From contig FLMG01000941.1 in assembly GCA_900088475.1 (NCBI GenBank), positions 372,001 to 436,000 on the forward strand: 64,000 bases of DNA, in the 5' to 3' direction. This document shows, in pieces, positions 37,216 through 50,200 of this stretch. Under the pieces are notes generated by a model, which saw only the letters and a program-made list of their open reading frames with translations, had not been told where the DNA came from and made no database searches. This DNA is from Hyphochytrium catenoides (lineage: Eukaryota; Protista; Hyphochytriomycota). The first letter of the stretch is position 1. Each line of letters begins with the position of its first letter. The position numbers and the translations under genes were made by a program.

Positions 37216-38592
37216 ATGGCTTCGTCCCCGATATCTGAGCGGCTTAAGAAGTATCGCATGCATGACCTTAAGCATAGAGAAGAGCAGATCGGTTGGCCGC
37301 CTGGAGAGAAAGAAGGCGAGACGCCGGCAGAGCGCCCGCAGTCCCCGGCGAGAAGACTGCCCAAGCCCTCCTCCGATGCACCTCCCTCCTTCCCCCGACT
37401 TACTGAGTCCTGCTTGGGAACGATCTCATCTAACCTTGGCGTCTATGAGCGACCTCTGCAAGAGACCGTCGGGCCCGAACTGTGGACTCGATTGTCCCCC
37501 AAAGTTCCTCTAGATCTTAGCATTGCGCTGGCAATACCTCGAATAAGTGATGAAGAATACTGGAGGAGAAGAGTGAAGCGCTTCTCCCCTTCCGCTGATT
37601 ATCCAAATGAAGGAGCAGGAGACACCTGGAAGCAAAAGTGCATAGAATATAACTTACGGACAGCCGTCGAAGCAATCCAGTCCAAGGCCTCCGAGGAAGA
37701 TATTGAGGCTGTCCTCTCTCTGGCCAGAGTAGCAAGTCCCTACGTCACAACTCTAACGGTCAGACAGGCAGGACACAATCTTGACGTCGGTAAGCTGTGC
37801 TTGTTGCTCCAGAATCTCGAGATCCTTAGACTTACGTACGGGCCTGGAAAGCTTGGTATGGGCTTCGATAAATCACTCTTTGGGATCAAAAGCACGGAAG
37901 TTGAGTCTCTATCTTCCTTTGTCTCTCAAAGCCACACCTTGAAAGTGCTGGATCTTAGCTCCAACCTCCTTGACGACCAGATGGTAGAGACACTAGTGTT
38001 GGGGTTGGAGACAGCCGGTCAGCTGATGGAGCTTAACCTTTCCCACAATAGAATAGGAGATGCGGGCGCCACTTCTCTTTCTCGACTCCTTTCTCGCTCC
38101 TCTTCGTTGGAAGCCCTCTCCCTCGCAGATAATTTGGTCAAAGAAGATGGGGCTTGTTCTATAAGTGAAGCTCTGGCCTCCAACCAGAGTCTCCGTCTCT
38201 TAGATCTGCGCCTTAATCGGTTGGGAGATAGTGGAGGAGCCACGCTCCTCCTATCTCTGCGCGTCAACAGGACACTTCGGGTACTGAACCTTAGCTGCAA
38301 CAGTCTGGGGAGTGAAGCCACTGACGCCATGGTAGAGCTAATGAGGTGCAAGGCTGGGGAAGGAGAGAGCGGACAGGAGCCCTCTAATTATGGCGGTCTA
38401 GCCATAGAACAACTTGATCTTTCTGGAAATCTCTTTGACGAAGAGGAGCTGCCTGTTCTCTTGGAGTTCATCACCTTCTGTCCCGAACTGAAGGCCTGCG
38501 ACTTGAGACAAAACTCCTTTCCGGCAGAGGCCGAGGGTGCCGCTGCGATTGTTTGCCTACTGGAGGAAAGGTCATCGCCAAACTGGCGGTAG
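37216..38592 (+). CDS. DRC5: Dynein regulatory complex subunit 5 (TCTE1), LRR protein, intronless CDS
   Basis: LDLSIALAIPRISDEEYWRRR, WKQKCIEYNL, LTYGPGKLGMGFDKSLFG, then ribonuclease-inhibitor-type LRRs (LDLSSNLLDD, LNLSHNRIGDAG, LDLRLNRLGDSG). Confidence 0.85.
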   Translation: MASSPISERLKKYRMHDLKHREEQIGWPPGEKEGETPAERPQSPARRLPKPSSDAPPSFPRLTESCLGTISSNLGVYERPLQETVGPELWTRLSPKVPLDLSIALAIPRISDEEYWRRRVKRFSPSADYPNEGAGDTWKQKCIEYNLRTAVEAIQSKASEEDIEAVLSLARVASPYVTTLTVRQAGHNLDVGKLCLLLQNLEILRLTYGPGKLGMGFDKSLFGIKSTEVESLSSFVSQSHTLKVLDLSSNLLDDQMVETLVLGLETAGQLMELNLSHNRIGDAGATSLSRLLSRSSSLEALSLADNLVKEDGACSISEALASNQSLRLLDLRLNRLGDSGGATLLLSLRVNRTLRVLNLSCNSLGSEATDAMVELMRCKAGEGESGQEPSNYGGLAIEQLDLSGNLFDEEELPVLLEFITFCPELKACDLRQNSFPAEAEGAAAIVCLLEERSSPNWR

Positions 38593-38909
38593 AGGGGACA
38601 GGCTGAGGGGAATAGACAACGGAGAATGTGCCTATCTCTAACAGTATAAGTGGATGGAAGCTGTCACTGATGATGCTTCTCTCCTCGTTGGCAGCAACAT
38701 ATTGTACTGCAGGCGGCGCCGCTGCTGGCTCCTCTATTCTATTTGCCTCTTCTTTGTCTCCCTTGTCTCTGGTGGGGTTCTTCTTGGCTAACCGCAAGCT
38801 CAGGGAAGCTCCATAAGTTAGACCAAGTAGGATAGGAGACCAGGTAATAAAGCACAGGCCGCGCAGAGAAGCTGAGCAGCAAAGATGTTAAGACTTTAAA
38901 CGGGTCATC

Positions 38910-39850
38910 TCAATGTGAGCTTGAAGCTGCAATAAAGCGCAGTCCGATGTAGTTGATAGACACTTCTTCCGGGCCCTTCGCCTCTTGTCCAGCGGTACCG
39001 CTATGAGGGAATGTGGAGGTCTCACGCTCATCTCTTGGGAGAGAAGGGGAAGGGGAGCGAGAGACAATGGCCAGGCATCTCTTTTTCTTTACGATTTGGC
39101 TGACACGACAGGCTCCCATAAGCTCCAGCATATCCACTTCGTCCGAGGCTCTCACCACTGAGAGGACCGCCTCAGCGTGGCAAACTAGGGGATCCTCTGA
39201 ACAAAAGGCACATATAGGGCAAAGGTCAGGAGGCGGGAAGAAAGTTGCACCCGGAAAGAGGCAGGAATCACTCTTAACGAAACCCCAAGGAATATATGAC
39301 ATTCGTTGAGCCCAGATAATAAATAGGATAAACATAGGGAACGAAAAAGGCAAGAAGGCCAAGAGTTTGCAAAATAATCGGCCAGAGAAGAGCAGTCATC
39401 ACGGATCTCTTTCTTACGTCGATAGACGAGGAAGTCCCCACCAAACTTAGTGGCAGGAGTAATAAAAAAGCCTCTCCTTTGAAGGTCTGTCCATACGAGA
39501 GCACAGTCCCTCTCGTGCTCATCCATCTCTAGGAGACTGGGAGAAGGCACTGTGCAGGTCTTGATACGGCACATACTCGCTGTGCCAGCAGCATCCACGT
39601 TCTGGGCCTTGGCAAGCTCCTGGGCCTTTGCAGACGCCGTTACATTGTCAGCCAAAGGCATAGCATGAACCCGTTAATGTCCTGGTGTCCGTACCTCCTC
39701 GGTGGTAAGAAGTGCTGGGAGATATTTACGATTCTCCTTACTCCTATTGCCAGACGGCACGGCGCCAACCAGATGGGGGACGATCTTAAACTCATTTCTC
39801 AGTTTCAAAGCATCCTCAGAGGAGGTAACAAAGGCATATCCCGGCTCCAT
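38910..39850 (-). CDS. SEN34: tRNA-splicing endonuclease catalytic subunit Sen34
   Basis: Exons approx. 39850-39695, 39625-39418, 39196-38910. VWTDLQRRGFFITPATKFGGDFLVYR/QDPLVCHA and RVSQIVKKK carry the catalytic Tyr/His/Lys; N-terminal EDALKLRNEFKIVPHLVG and LPALLTTEE are Sen34-type. Confidence 0.85.
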
Positions 39851-41757
39851 CGTTAGCACGGCTAAGCAACCCAGGCTTGCGTTAGCAGTCCATTGGCACT
39901 CACTTGTACATGTAGATGAGCCCTATCTATCAATCTCTAAAAAAGCTGCAGCTTCTTCATGGCATGTGGCATTTGCGAGGACTCAGGATGGAGCTTCAAA
40001 GCTTCAGAAAGAAAAATCTTCAGATGCATCTTTCACATCGTGCAGCTCAACCTATTGTATTCGCTATATAGTAATGGTGAACAGTAAGCCACAATCGCGC
40101 CTATAATATTATCATATTATCATCGAATGAGAAAAATACTGTAACAAGATGTGACAGCTCTATCTAATGCCTAGAAACTGTAGATAAGAGGGTTAGCTGT
40201 AAGTCTCCTTCCAAGGATTGACGCATTCGGGTTGTTATAAATGTATAATGTTTCTGTAGCTGTACTTGGTCAAGGACTCACAGCTCACAGCCATTCTGAA
40301 GACTTGGTAGTCGCTCTTGTGCTGTAGCACTAAGTGGTTCCAAGTAACTTACAAAGGAAGCCTTTCAAGTACCTGTACAAGTAACTGTACCACTTCGGCT
40401 AAGTAACTACTTGCTCTCAAGACACTCATACTTATAAGAGTTACAAGAACTGCACAATGCTTTTCAAAAAGGTCTGTCAAAGTGATGCTGGCTTGACTAC
40501 TGTGTAACGCTTCATCCTTGGACAGTTGTACAAGTACATCGTGATCAATCTTGAGGCTAAAGTAGTTCGTACTCGTAGCAGAAAAAGCAATTTCCTGGGG
40601 CTTAGTTTCTAGAGGTTTCTCCAACTAGTAGAGTAGGTTCTAAGTAAATAAAAGTACGAGTAGAAACAATTTCTTCCCATCGTGGCAGTCGCAACCTTTG
40701 GCTGTGCCTGCTCCTACACATCCTCTTATAAAATTGCTGCTGCAGAGTCGCAGCCTTTGGTTGGACACTACTTTTGACTCGAATGGCGATTCTCTCAGTC
40801 TCTTCCCTGTTGTGACTCTTCACAATCATTCTTATGAGTTCCCCACCTCTCAGTTCTTAACCACCCCGTATCTCTTGAACCTTCTGTCTCTTCTGATTGT
40901 TAGAGGTTCTGATCATCCGTATCTTTTTTCGATGCGCTCTGTCTGGCGTGTTCCAGCCTCACCACAACCTTCAACCTTGACCTTCAACCCAGGATGGGTG
41001 GGAGGGCTAGGTGATAATTACAGTTAGCAGTGTTTACCAGGATGGGTGGAGGGGGCGAGCCACACAAAACTGTACCTTTACAAGAAGCTTTCAATAGAAT
41101 TCAAAGAGCCCTAATCACAGGTTGAACTAGTAGTATTTCTATATTTTTCATGAAGGAAATAAAAAGGAGTTTTTGGCCTCAGGAAAGGGGGAGACAAGGC
41201 GATCCGTCACTTTCGGTTGTGACGAGGTGGTGAGCCATACTGTTCCCCTGTGTTATCTTTCTTCGTAGCAACAGTTGGTCGGTCGTCGGTCCGTGCCAGT
41301 GTTGAATTACGGTCTTTCTCAGTTCCTCACCCTGCTGATGCCGCACCCAAACAAACGTCAAGTCTTGGGGCCGAGGGCCCTCCCCCAGCTTAGCAGTAGC
41401 TTTATGACAGTAGAGTCCTCGGCCTTCCGGGGTGAGGGTCTCGCTGGCTGTCTGACCAAAGGTAACACGTGATGCACGGCTTGGGAGGTGCACGAGAGGT
41501 AGAGAGGTGATGTGATGTGAAGCGACATTTGCGGTGGCAAAAGACCGTTCTTCCCTCCACCTTTGGCCCTCATGCTAAGATGATACTGATTTCTCTGTCC
41601 TCTCTGTTCCCTTTATAGCCTCACAATTTCTCCATTCAGTCAGTCCCACACAACCTTGCCCTTCTTTGCTTCCTGTCTCGCGAAAGGGCAGAAGCACGCG
41701 GAACCGAGTGGGAAAAAAAGTCAACTTTCCGAACCCCTTCTTTTCCCCTCTCACTTT

Positions 41758-41797
<40 letters not shown>

Positions 41798-42590
41798 GTC
41801 TGCTTCCCTTTCACAAGAAGGTCTATCTCTGTGATTGTGTGGACAATGGACAACCACTGGGGGCTTTCCCCACACCAGCTCAGCGACGTCTTCCCAAATA
41901 AAAATGAAAGCCTTTAGTTGGTGAGTAGCGTCTCTGTCTGATGGTGCTGGAGTCTGGCCCTCGTCAAAGGGTATAACTCTTCGTGCCTCACGAACCGCTG
42001 CGCCGACGGGAAAAAAGTGTATTACTACAGTCATTAACAGGCTCCAAATACCTCGGAATTGCTGGCGTATTACTATCCGAGAAATGAAGCGACATAATTA
42101 CGAGGAGAACACTTGTTCACTATTATTATGGCTACGAAAGCTTTTAGCATAGAACATCCCTGCCTAGTAATCTGACATATCGTATTATTACGCCGCGGGC
42201 GCGGACTTTGCCGATAAGAATTGACCAGAATTCTGAGTGCCCCATCCGTCCCCGTATAAACCTACCGCATTGCGGGCAAGGGTGGGTGGGGTCTCAATCC
42301 TTGCGCTCAAGAATCGTCACTGCTTTCAGATTTTTATCCCCATAGAAAGTGCGTTCACTTCTGATCAGTGCCGCCAGAATCAGAGATTTGGAGTCTCGGT
42401 CATTGCGTCTTCACGACGGTTCGCATCCACCAAGCTATTGGGATTCACTTTGGGTCTATCTCTACAACGCTATTCCAAGGCCACCCGCCACTCGTAGCTT
42501 GTTCGGGGCCATCTATACAAATCAAGGCTAGCAAGCTTCCGGAGGTCAAGAAGCGGTCCATTTCTCAGTGTCTCACATCGGCTCCTCAAG

Positions 42591-43679
42591 ATGCCCGTGC
42601 TCCTCCCCCTTCAAACTAAAATTGAGGCCAGTCCAATGACCCTCTCTGGCGTAAACCGCCGTCTTTATGGCGAAGAGGATCATACCTTCACAATTTCAAG
42701 AAGCGCTGCCGTCCATCGTAGCAGCGGCGTTGATGCTGTAGCTGCTGCGGCAGCAGTAGTGTCCACCGCCACCGTTGAGAATGGAACTTTAGATGTCTTA
42801 GAGGCCAGCTCATTGCTGCTCTCAATGTCCAAGCAAGCACGAGTTGGACCTAAGAAGGAGAAGAAACAGTCAGTATCTCATCCAAAGCCTAGCCCAGTAT
42901 CTGCTAAGAAAGGCAAGAAGAAGGCTCCACCCCGGCCTCCAGTTGACGATGAGCTGACTGACGATGAGGACATGGGTTTGGAAGAGCTCCAGCGAGCTTC
43001 ACGCTTCCCTAATCTTGAGGTAGACACCAGCGAGTACGAAGATGACAAGGTGCGCCAGCGTACAACTATTTCTCCGCGCTTCGAAAAGACGACAGCTCGC
43101 CGGCCGCTGCAGAAACCCATCACTCTTGAAGAACTGAAGTTGCACTTTAACAAGCCAATAGTAGATGTTGCAAAAGAGTTCGGCGTGTGCATCACGCTTA
43201 TGAAGAAAATTTGCAGAAAGAATGGTATCAAGCGGTGGCCTCATCGGCTGATCCGCAGTCTAGACAAGAGGATTCAGAACGCGGAGATCAGTCTGCAGAC
43301 TGCCACGGGCTCAGAGCATCAACGCTGTCAGGAGCAATTGATAATGTTGAAGAGGAAGCTCGAGGCGGTCTTTGAGAACCCGAACATCAAGATGAAGGAG
43401 ACTGAATTAGACGCGCTAGAGTACCATCCCCTACCTTCTCCCAAAGGAGCACCTGCTAGGTTGCCTTCGACGCCAAGTGCCTCTACACCTAGTCCGTCTC
43501 CTACTCCAGCCGCCATGCCACCAGCGCCTCAACTCTCGCAAAGTGCATTGGCTGTCTCTCCAGGGACCACTGCGGCGGCGAACGTCCCGCTAGGAGCTGC
43601 TCAAGGTGGCCATTCAGTGTCTATATCATCCATTCTGTCTCCTGCTCCTATTTCCCCAGTGGTGAAGATAGACAACTAG
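42591..43679 (+). CDS. RWP-RK domain transcription factor, intronless
   Basis: ITLEELKLHFNKPIVDVAKEFGVCITLMKKICRKNGIKRWPHRLIRSL followed by a coiled coil; low-complexity flanks. Confidence 0.92.
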   Translation: MPVLLPLQTKIEASPMTLSGVNRRLYGEEDHTFTISRSAAVHRSSGVDAVAAAAAVVSTATVENGTLDVLEASSLLLSMSKQARVGPKKEKKQSVSHPKPSPVSAKKGKKKAPPRPPVDDELTDDEDMGLEELQRASRFPNLEVDTSEYEDDKVRQRTTISPRFEKTTARRPLQKPITLEELKLHFNKPIVDVAKEFGVCITLMKKICRKNGIKRWPHRLIRSLDKRIQNAEISLQTATGSEHQRCQEQLIMLKRKLEAVFENPNIKMKETELDALEYHPLPSPKGAPARLPSTPSASTPSPSPTPAAMPPAPQLSQSALAVSPGTTAAANVPLGAAQGGHSVSISSILSPAPISPVVKIDN

Positions 43680-44289
43680 ACCATGTTAGGCTTAGGAGGA
43701 CTTACAGCTTGCGGAGGGTTCTTAGTTGACCTCCATAAGCGTAAGTTCGCAAGAATAAAGTATTTAGTTGGCGGCGGCGCGCGGGGGCGCGCGCGAGAGA
43801 GAGAGAGAAGAGAGACGAAGTACCTCTCGAAAGAATAGGCTATCACTATATATATCGGGAGCTTTCTCTTCCCATCATCAGGCCTTCTTTATTCCATACA
43901 AATATACAGATGACAACCCCTTTCACATATATTCCCTGAAAGCAAGCTCTCGCTTGGCTCTCTGGAGGTCGCTATTGTTCTGCTTTTGGACGTGGTTCCT
44001 GCACTCCATCATCCCTCACGATTTGGCTGCTCTGCTGACTCCAGCGTCCGCCTTAGATATGCCCCTTCTTTCTCGCTTGATCTCAGACTGACTCTCACCC
44101 TTATAATACTCTAGCATTGTTCCTTCATCAAGTCTGGCTTTCGTTTGGAGCGCAGCGATGGCATGCCCAAACAAAGTTAGCCAAACCGATGTCAGAAGGG
44201 GACCAGCTTTCTCTCCTTTGTCACTTCTTTTCTCGTCTGTTTCTCCTCCCTCCGATCCTTAGCTTTATCTCCTAGCCGTTGCTTATGCC

Positions 44290-47200
44290 TCACGCCACGG
44301 GACCGACGGTTGAGGAGAGGGTCATCTCGCAAGAGTTGACCTTCTTGGCAAATCTCAGCGAGCAGAGAGACTCTGTGTAGATCGGCAGGATTGAAGTCAA
44401 TAGACGTTAAGGGCAGCCCAAGGCAGAGAGGCACCCTAACCCCCAGTTCACTGCCATGTATAACTTCCTTGTTCCTGCGACTGTCGACATACGTCACTTC
44501 CTTCTCCAAAGCCCACGTCTTCGGATTCCCAATGCTCCCTAGTCGCCGGAGGCGCGCCCTCCTTCTTGCGGCTTGCCGAGCTGCCTTCTCTCTGTGTGTC
44601 TCTCTCTTTCTCTCTCTGTCTTTCCAAGGATCTGCCTCTCCCTCTCTTTTCCTTCTTTTTCTCTTTCCCTTACTCTGGCTCTCATTTCGGCCGCCGCTTC
44701 ATCGCGCGCTCTACTCTGTTTCGCTTACCATGACGATTGTCAATCACAGGCGACAGGTTGCATATCATCAACGTCTTGCAATCACCTCCAAGTGCCGGTT
44801 GCAGCAGGTAGGTCAGCTTGGAGTCACGGAACGGCACATGCTTTTCCTGAACGGAACGACAATATTCGACGGGGTGAGCCATGTTGACGAAGAACAAAGA
44901 GACAGAGAATATTGAGAAATGCCGAGAAGATCAAGGAATGGACTGGAGAGAGTCCAGGAAGAGTGAAAGTTTGCTTTGGCAAGGGTCATATAAATCTCTC
45001 CAAGATCCACCTTATTGGCGATAGCCTGTATCACTGTTCCTAGCGTGGACAGGCTCTTGTTGATGCTCTGCGCCTCCTTGAGCATTACGGCGTCCGATGA
45101 GCTGCCTGAGACAGACAGGCGCTCCGAACCCTGCACGTTATGATGGAGGTAAGCAGGAGGACCAAGGCGAGTACAGAGAAAGCTTGGTCAAAGACGCTTT
45201 CACAACGCAGGGCAGTGGAAGAAAGAGGAGTGACAGCTTCGTACCGCCAGATCCACCAGGTGAACGAGTCCACTTCTTTGTACTGATGTGTGGCTGTTGG
45301 TCATCTCAATCCTACAGGCCATCATGTGAAGAGTTCAAGGGTAAGACGCGATCGGGAGCGAAGCCGGATATGCTAGATTTTTGAAAAGGTTAACGCTAGA
45401 TGACGATGAGCCATGAGCCAGATACTAGCTCGACACTGAAAATGAGGCAGCACGGAAGTCCGTGCCGCTGAAGCCCTTCTATTCGTTGACCCGCTAGAGG
45501 AACAGCGATACGAGACAAGAAGAGAGATCGTTTTTACCTCAGGGTGAAGACAAGGTGACTTCTGGAGGATTTATCGTTGACCTTTGTCTTCTTGGTTGCT
45601 CTTCTAAGGTTGGCTATGGACAGAAGAGCGAACACATCCTGCTCTGTGCTGACTGGTCTTCTCTCGACGCCAACGACTGTAGGATCTCCTTTGTAGTCCA
45701 ACTTGATCTCAGGTCTGGGCTTAGGACTCTGGATAAAGATTGACAGGGCATGCGAATGGCGGGAGGAAAACAGCAGTCAATATTGGAGAAAGGACTAGAT
45801 TGGATAACTCCCAGGCACGTGGGACTTAGCAAAGTCAAGGACTCAGCCAAATTTTGCTAATGTTCCGGTCAACCGGATAGAGACTGAAGGGGAGAGCAAG
45901 TCTAGAGGCTGACCTCCGCGAGAAGATCGTTAATCTGTTCGTTGTAGATTTCCAAGATCTCCACGGTGACCACAGTGCTCCAGCCGTTCTCCGCTTCTGC
46001 AGCCATGGAGGCAAATATGTGCTGCACGGAGCGACCTAACAGATGGGCAGTGGCAAAAAGAAAGAGGTGCAAGAAGACGGAACAAACGGCAGGTTAATAA
46101 ACTTGAAGGTGGACGAGGAGGAGTATCGCTGCTACATAAAGCGCAAGCGCATAGGCAGTAAGCGAAAGTGACGCTGTAATCTGCTGGGCAGCATGAGGAC
46201 TGAAGAGGGAGGAAGAGAGATAGCTTTCTAGGACGAAAGGAAAAGGAGAGAAGGATAGAAAGAGTCTAAAAGTAATTGGATCTGGAGAGGTTTAACCCGG
46301 AGAGAGCTGTTATAGCAAGCGTTAGTTCCTACCAATGACTCCCAGTGAGGGATTGTTCAGTGTCCCAGCAGCGATATCTCCTTGCATTGTGTACGTCTTT
46401 CCCGAACCTGAAGCCCACCAGAAGCAAGAGTACTAAGCAATGGGTGCCAAAGAGCAAGAGAGGCTGCTAAAGCAGGAGGATAACTTCATGGAATGTCCCA
46501 CAATTGCTGTGCGCCATAGAAGCCATAGAGATCGAGGAGGGAGTAATGCAGGGAAAGACGGAGACAAGCACAGGGTCCAGACGGGCGGAGAAGAAAAAGG
46601 CGGCGCTTCGTAGTGTCATAACACGAGAGAAGGAACAGAGAAAGAGACGGATGACGCAGTTGAAAGGTCTTCTTCCTTCGTTTTTCGACCCAGCGTGGGC
46701 TCACCTGTCTGTCCATAGGCGAAGATGCAAACTCGATAGCCATCAATAGCCGATTGAACCAGGGCCGATACCTCAGTGAAGAGCTCCTCCTGGCTGGCAG
46801 ACGGACCAAACACCCGATCGAAGGCGAAAGCCCATTTTCTGCTTCTTTCTAGGCGTCTACTGACATGCTCAGTGGGGATGTCGAAGAGCTCAATCTCTCG
46901 TGCCTCATAGTGCTTGTCAGGAAACGAGAATAGCTAATGAAGGGAGAGAAGAGAGAGGTAAGTGAACAGTGTCGGACAGGGGTGTCCCCAAGGACAAAGA
47001 GAGGCAGAGAGTAGCGATAGGCGATAGACTATACCGCATATTCCTTGGTGTTGGCGTCGTAGGAGAGTTTCTCGCCGTTCGATTCATGGGGCAACGTGGG
47101 TCGGAGCCGAACGAAGACTCTGATGTTACCTTTCAGCTCCATCACCTGGCAGAGAATGTCAGAATCATAAGGACACCATTGGGTCAAGGAAGAAGTCCAT

Positions 47201-50200
47201 AAAAAAGATACAAAGTGAAGGCCAAGAAAGACGGATCCGGGAAGGCTTCAAGCGCAGCAACTTCTTCAACGTTTGCTTGAGGGGAGGTATCGAGAGAGGC
47301 CAATAGCGAAAGATCGCAGAAAAGAAAGAGAGCGAGTGGCAGGCTCTTAACCTTATTATGGAGTTTCCTTCTGACTGTCTCAAGCCTGAGTATCTTCGCC
47401 TGTAGATCAGCGATGACTAGCTCTTTGTCCAATAAAGCTGTGGCTGCATTGGCCTTCTCTTCCTGCAATTGGGCCTAAGAAAAGACTTGTCAGGGACAAA
47501 ACTTTCGTGCAGAAAGGAGGAGGCGATGTCCGAGGAGGGAGGCTGCACATAAAGGGCATGAGAAAGGGATCCAATAGAAGAATGTCCCCCATCTCCATGA
47601 CTGAGTAAGAAAGTACATATGTCCCTAGCTGCGCACGACAGCACAGCCCTCACGAGCCTCTCATCCTTCTCCGCCCACCAATTTTTCTCCTCGACTCTAA
47701 TCTGCCCTCTGCGGCCCTATCCAGCATATCCATCTCATCTCCGTAACGCTCTTCTGTGTGTGTCTCTCTCTCTTACTCTGTCCCACTTACTCGCTCCCTG
47801 TACATTTCTCTATTCTAGTCTCACCTTGACCAGCGCCAGCTCCGCCACTCTGGCCTCTAAACCTGCACTTCTCTGTCCCATTTCTTCCTGAAGCTGCTGC
47901 ACCATGAGCTGATGTCTCTCTCTGGCAGCTTGCAGCTCTTTCTCTAATCGCTCCACCTACGAAAGAGGGAGAGAGGGGACACAAGACAGAGGAAGGTGAG
48001 CAACAGCGACGCATGGATAAGAAGGCGGCGGGGCTATTCGAACGAAAGGAAGAGGTACAGGAGTAAAGCGCAGGTACTGCGAAAGAGAGGTAGTGAAGAG
48101 GAAAGTGAGAGAACCCGTTACCTTGACATTACTCTCTTTGGATCTCTCCAGGGCAGCGCTGACTTCTTCTCTATTTGAACTGAGGGATAGCTCTAGACGG
48201 CGGCTAAGGGTCAGCAGCTGCTGCTCTCTCGCTCTCGTCTCCGACAGCTCGGAGTTTAGCTCTGATACAGCCTTCAGGTGGCTGTCCTTTTCTCTCTGTT
48301 GCCGAAGAGTAAGGGAACAACGGAGCGAGGTGGGGCAGAGGTAGAAGTGTAGCAAAGCAAGGGTGAGAGACAGCACGTAAGGTCTAAGCTGAGGAACGGA
48401 ACCCTTCCAATCGGCTGAGATAGGAGGGGAGACAGAGCCAGAGAGGCAAGAGACAAATTGGTGCTTTGATGTTTCCGACAGATAGATCAGAAAAAGGTGA
48501 TTCCTGAAGGACGAGGAGGGAGGAAGGACCAGTTCTCTGGCTTACCATGAGGTCCTGTATGAGTCCTGCTTGTTTGATCAGCTCGGCATTCAGTTCTTTA
48601 TGCTCCTTTCTCCGGCTGTCATCCTCCATCCTCCTTCTCGCCTCCTCAGCTTCCTTCTCTTGTTTTCTCCGGTCTTCCTCCCTCTCTTTCCTCTCCAGAG
48701 TTTCTCTCAGCTGAAGAACATCTCTGGCTGCCTCATTTCCTGCCCTAGCCTGTGCTTCAGTGAGGGTCAGTTTCTCCGTGAGAACACCAACTTCTCTTTC
48801 TGAAGCGCAGAGTCGAGAGGTCAAGTCCTTGATCATGGCGTGGCCCTCTTGCAATTCGGCTTCCTTCCTCTTTAGAACACTCTCTTTCTCTCTTTCGGCG
48901 CGTTCTCTCTCCCTCTCCGCGACCTGGGAAGTCCGGACAGCTTCCTTCAGAGAGTCTCTCTCTTGAGTGAGGGCTTCGATCTGTTGTCGCAGCTGTACAA
49001 CGACGTCCTGCTGTAGCTCTCTTTTCTTTTGAACCATCTGCTCACTAATTTCTCTTTCGTTTTCTCTCCTGCTTTTCTCTTCATAAAGCTCCTGGAGTAC
49101 GGCAGCGGTCTTGGCAGAGGACTCCTGCATGGCTCTGTCTAGGTTTAGGATATGGGCTTCTCGCTCTTTCACTTGAAGAGAGAGATACCGAACCTTTTCT
49201 TCCGCAAGCGTGACCATTCTGGCAGCGTCCTTTTGGCGCTTGTCTGCCTCCAAGAGTTCCTTCTCTATGGCAAACTGAGCACGGAGCACATCCTCTTCTG
49301 CCCTCATTTTCAAGCTTTCAATCATCTCTCTTTCCTCTTCTCTTTCCTTCAGCCTGAGGCCGTCTCTCTCTTCTCTTTCTCTCTGGAGCTCAAGCACCGT
49401 GTGGAGAAGGTCATCAACCTTGTCGTTACTCTCTTTCAATTGCAGATTGAGGAGTGACACCTCCTCTCTGCTCTCACTTAAACACGTGGCCAGGCTCTCT
49501 GCATTCTCTTCTGCTTCTATGAGCTGACCCAGGGCTTTTGCTAATTCCTGACCAAATGAGAGAGTCAGTAAATAGCTGACAAAAGAACCAGGGCCGAGAA
49601 TGGTATTACGGACAAGGGAAGATGACAGCAACAGCAAGAAACGGAAAGAGAGAGGAAAGAAAGGAAAGAAAGAGATAGACACAGAGTGGGAGAGAGAGAG
49701 GGGGGTATGGAAGAGAAATAAGACACGAAAAGAGAAGCGTGAGAAGAAGAGAAGGAGAGTATGTCTCACTTCCTTCGTCTTCTGAAGAGGATCGTCGTGG
49801 CTCTCCGTCGCATGAGTCTCTCCAAGCTGCTGTGGACCTCCAGCTACAAGAGGAGGGGAAGACGGAAGAGACGCAGAGGAGAGAGGAGTGGGGAGGAGAG
49901 GAGGAGAGTGGGGGCTAGAAGAGGAGATGGAAGGGGTTGACGGCAAGTCTAAGACAATCGGTTGACTAGTTCCGTTGGACCATTTGCTTCGGACGCGCTG
50001 AGGTCCAGCGCCGAGGCCGTCTCTGTCTTCAAGTGCCACCTGGCGCGACTCTTGGTGCCTTCTCTCCTCCTCCTCCTCTTCCCGCTGGTTTTCTCCCGGA
50101 TGTTCCTCTTCCTAGAAATGACGAGAGACTCATTGCCTACCACGCTCATCTGTTAGGGAAGAATGGAACAGCACTTACCGGTCCAGGCTCCTTTGAGTCC

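Noticed and set aside
50150-50178. Apparent 29-nt intron GTAAGT...CTAACAG in the kinesin
   Set aside because: That acceptor leads to a stop at ~49949; the TAG acceptor at 50113 (66-nt intron) keeps the frame.
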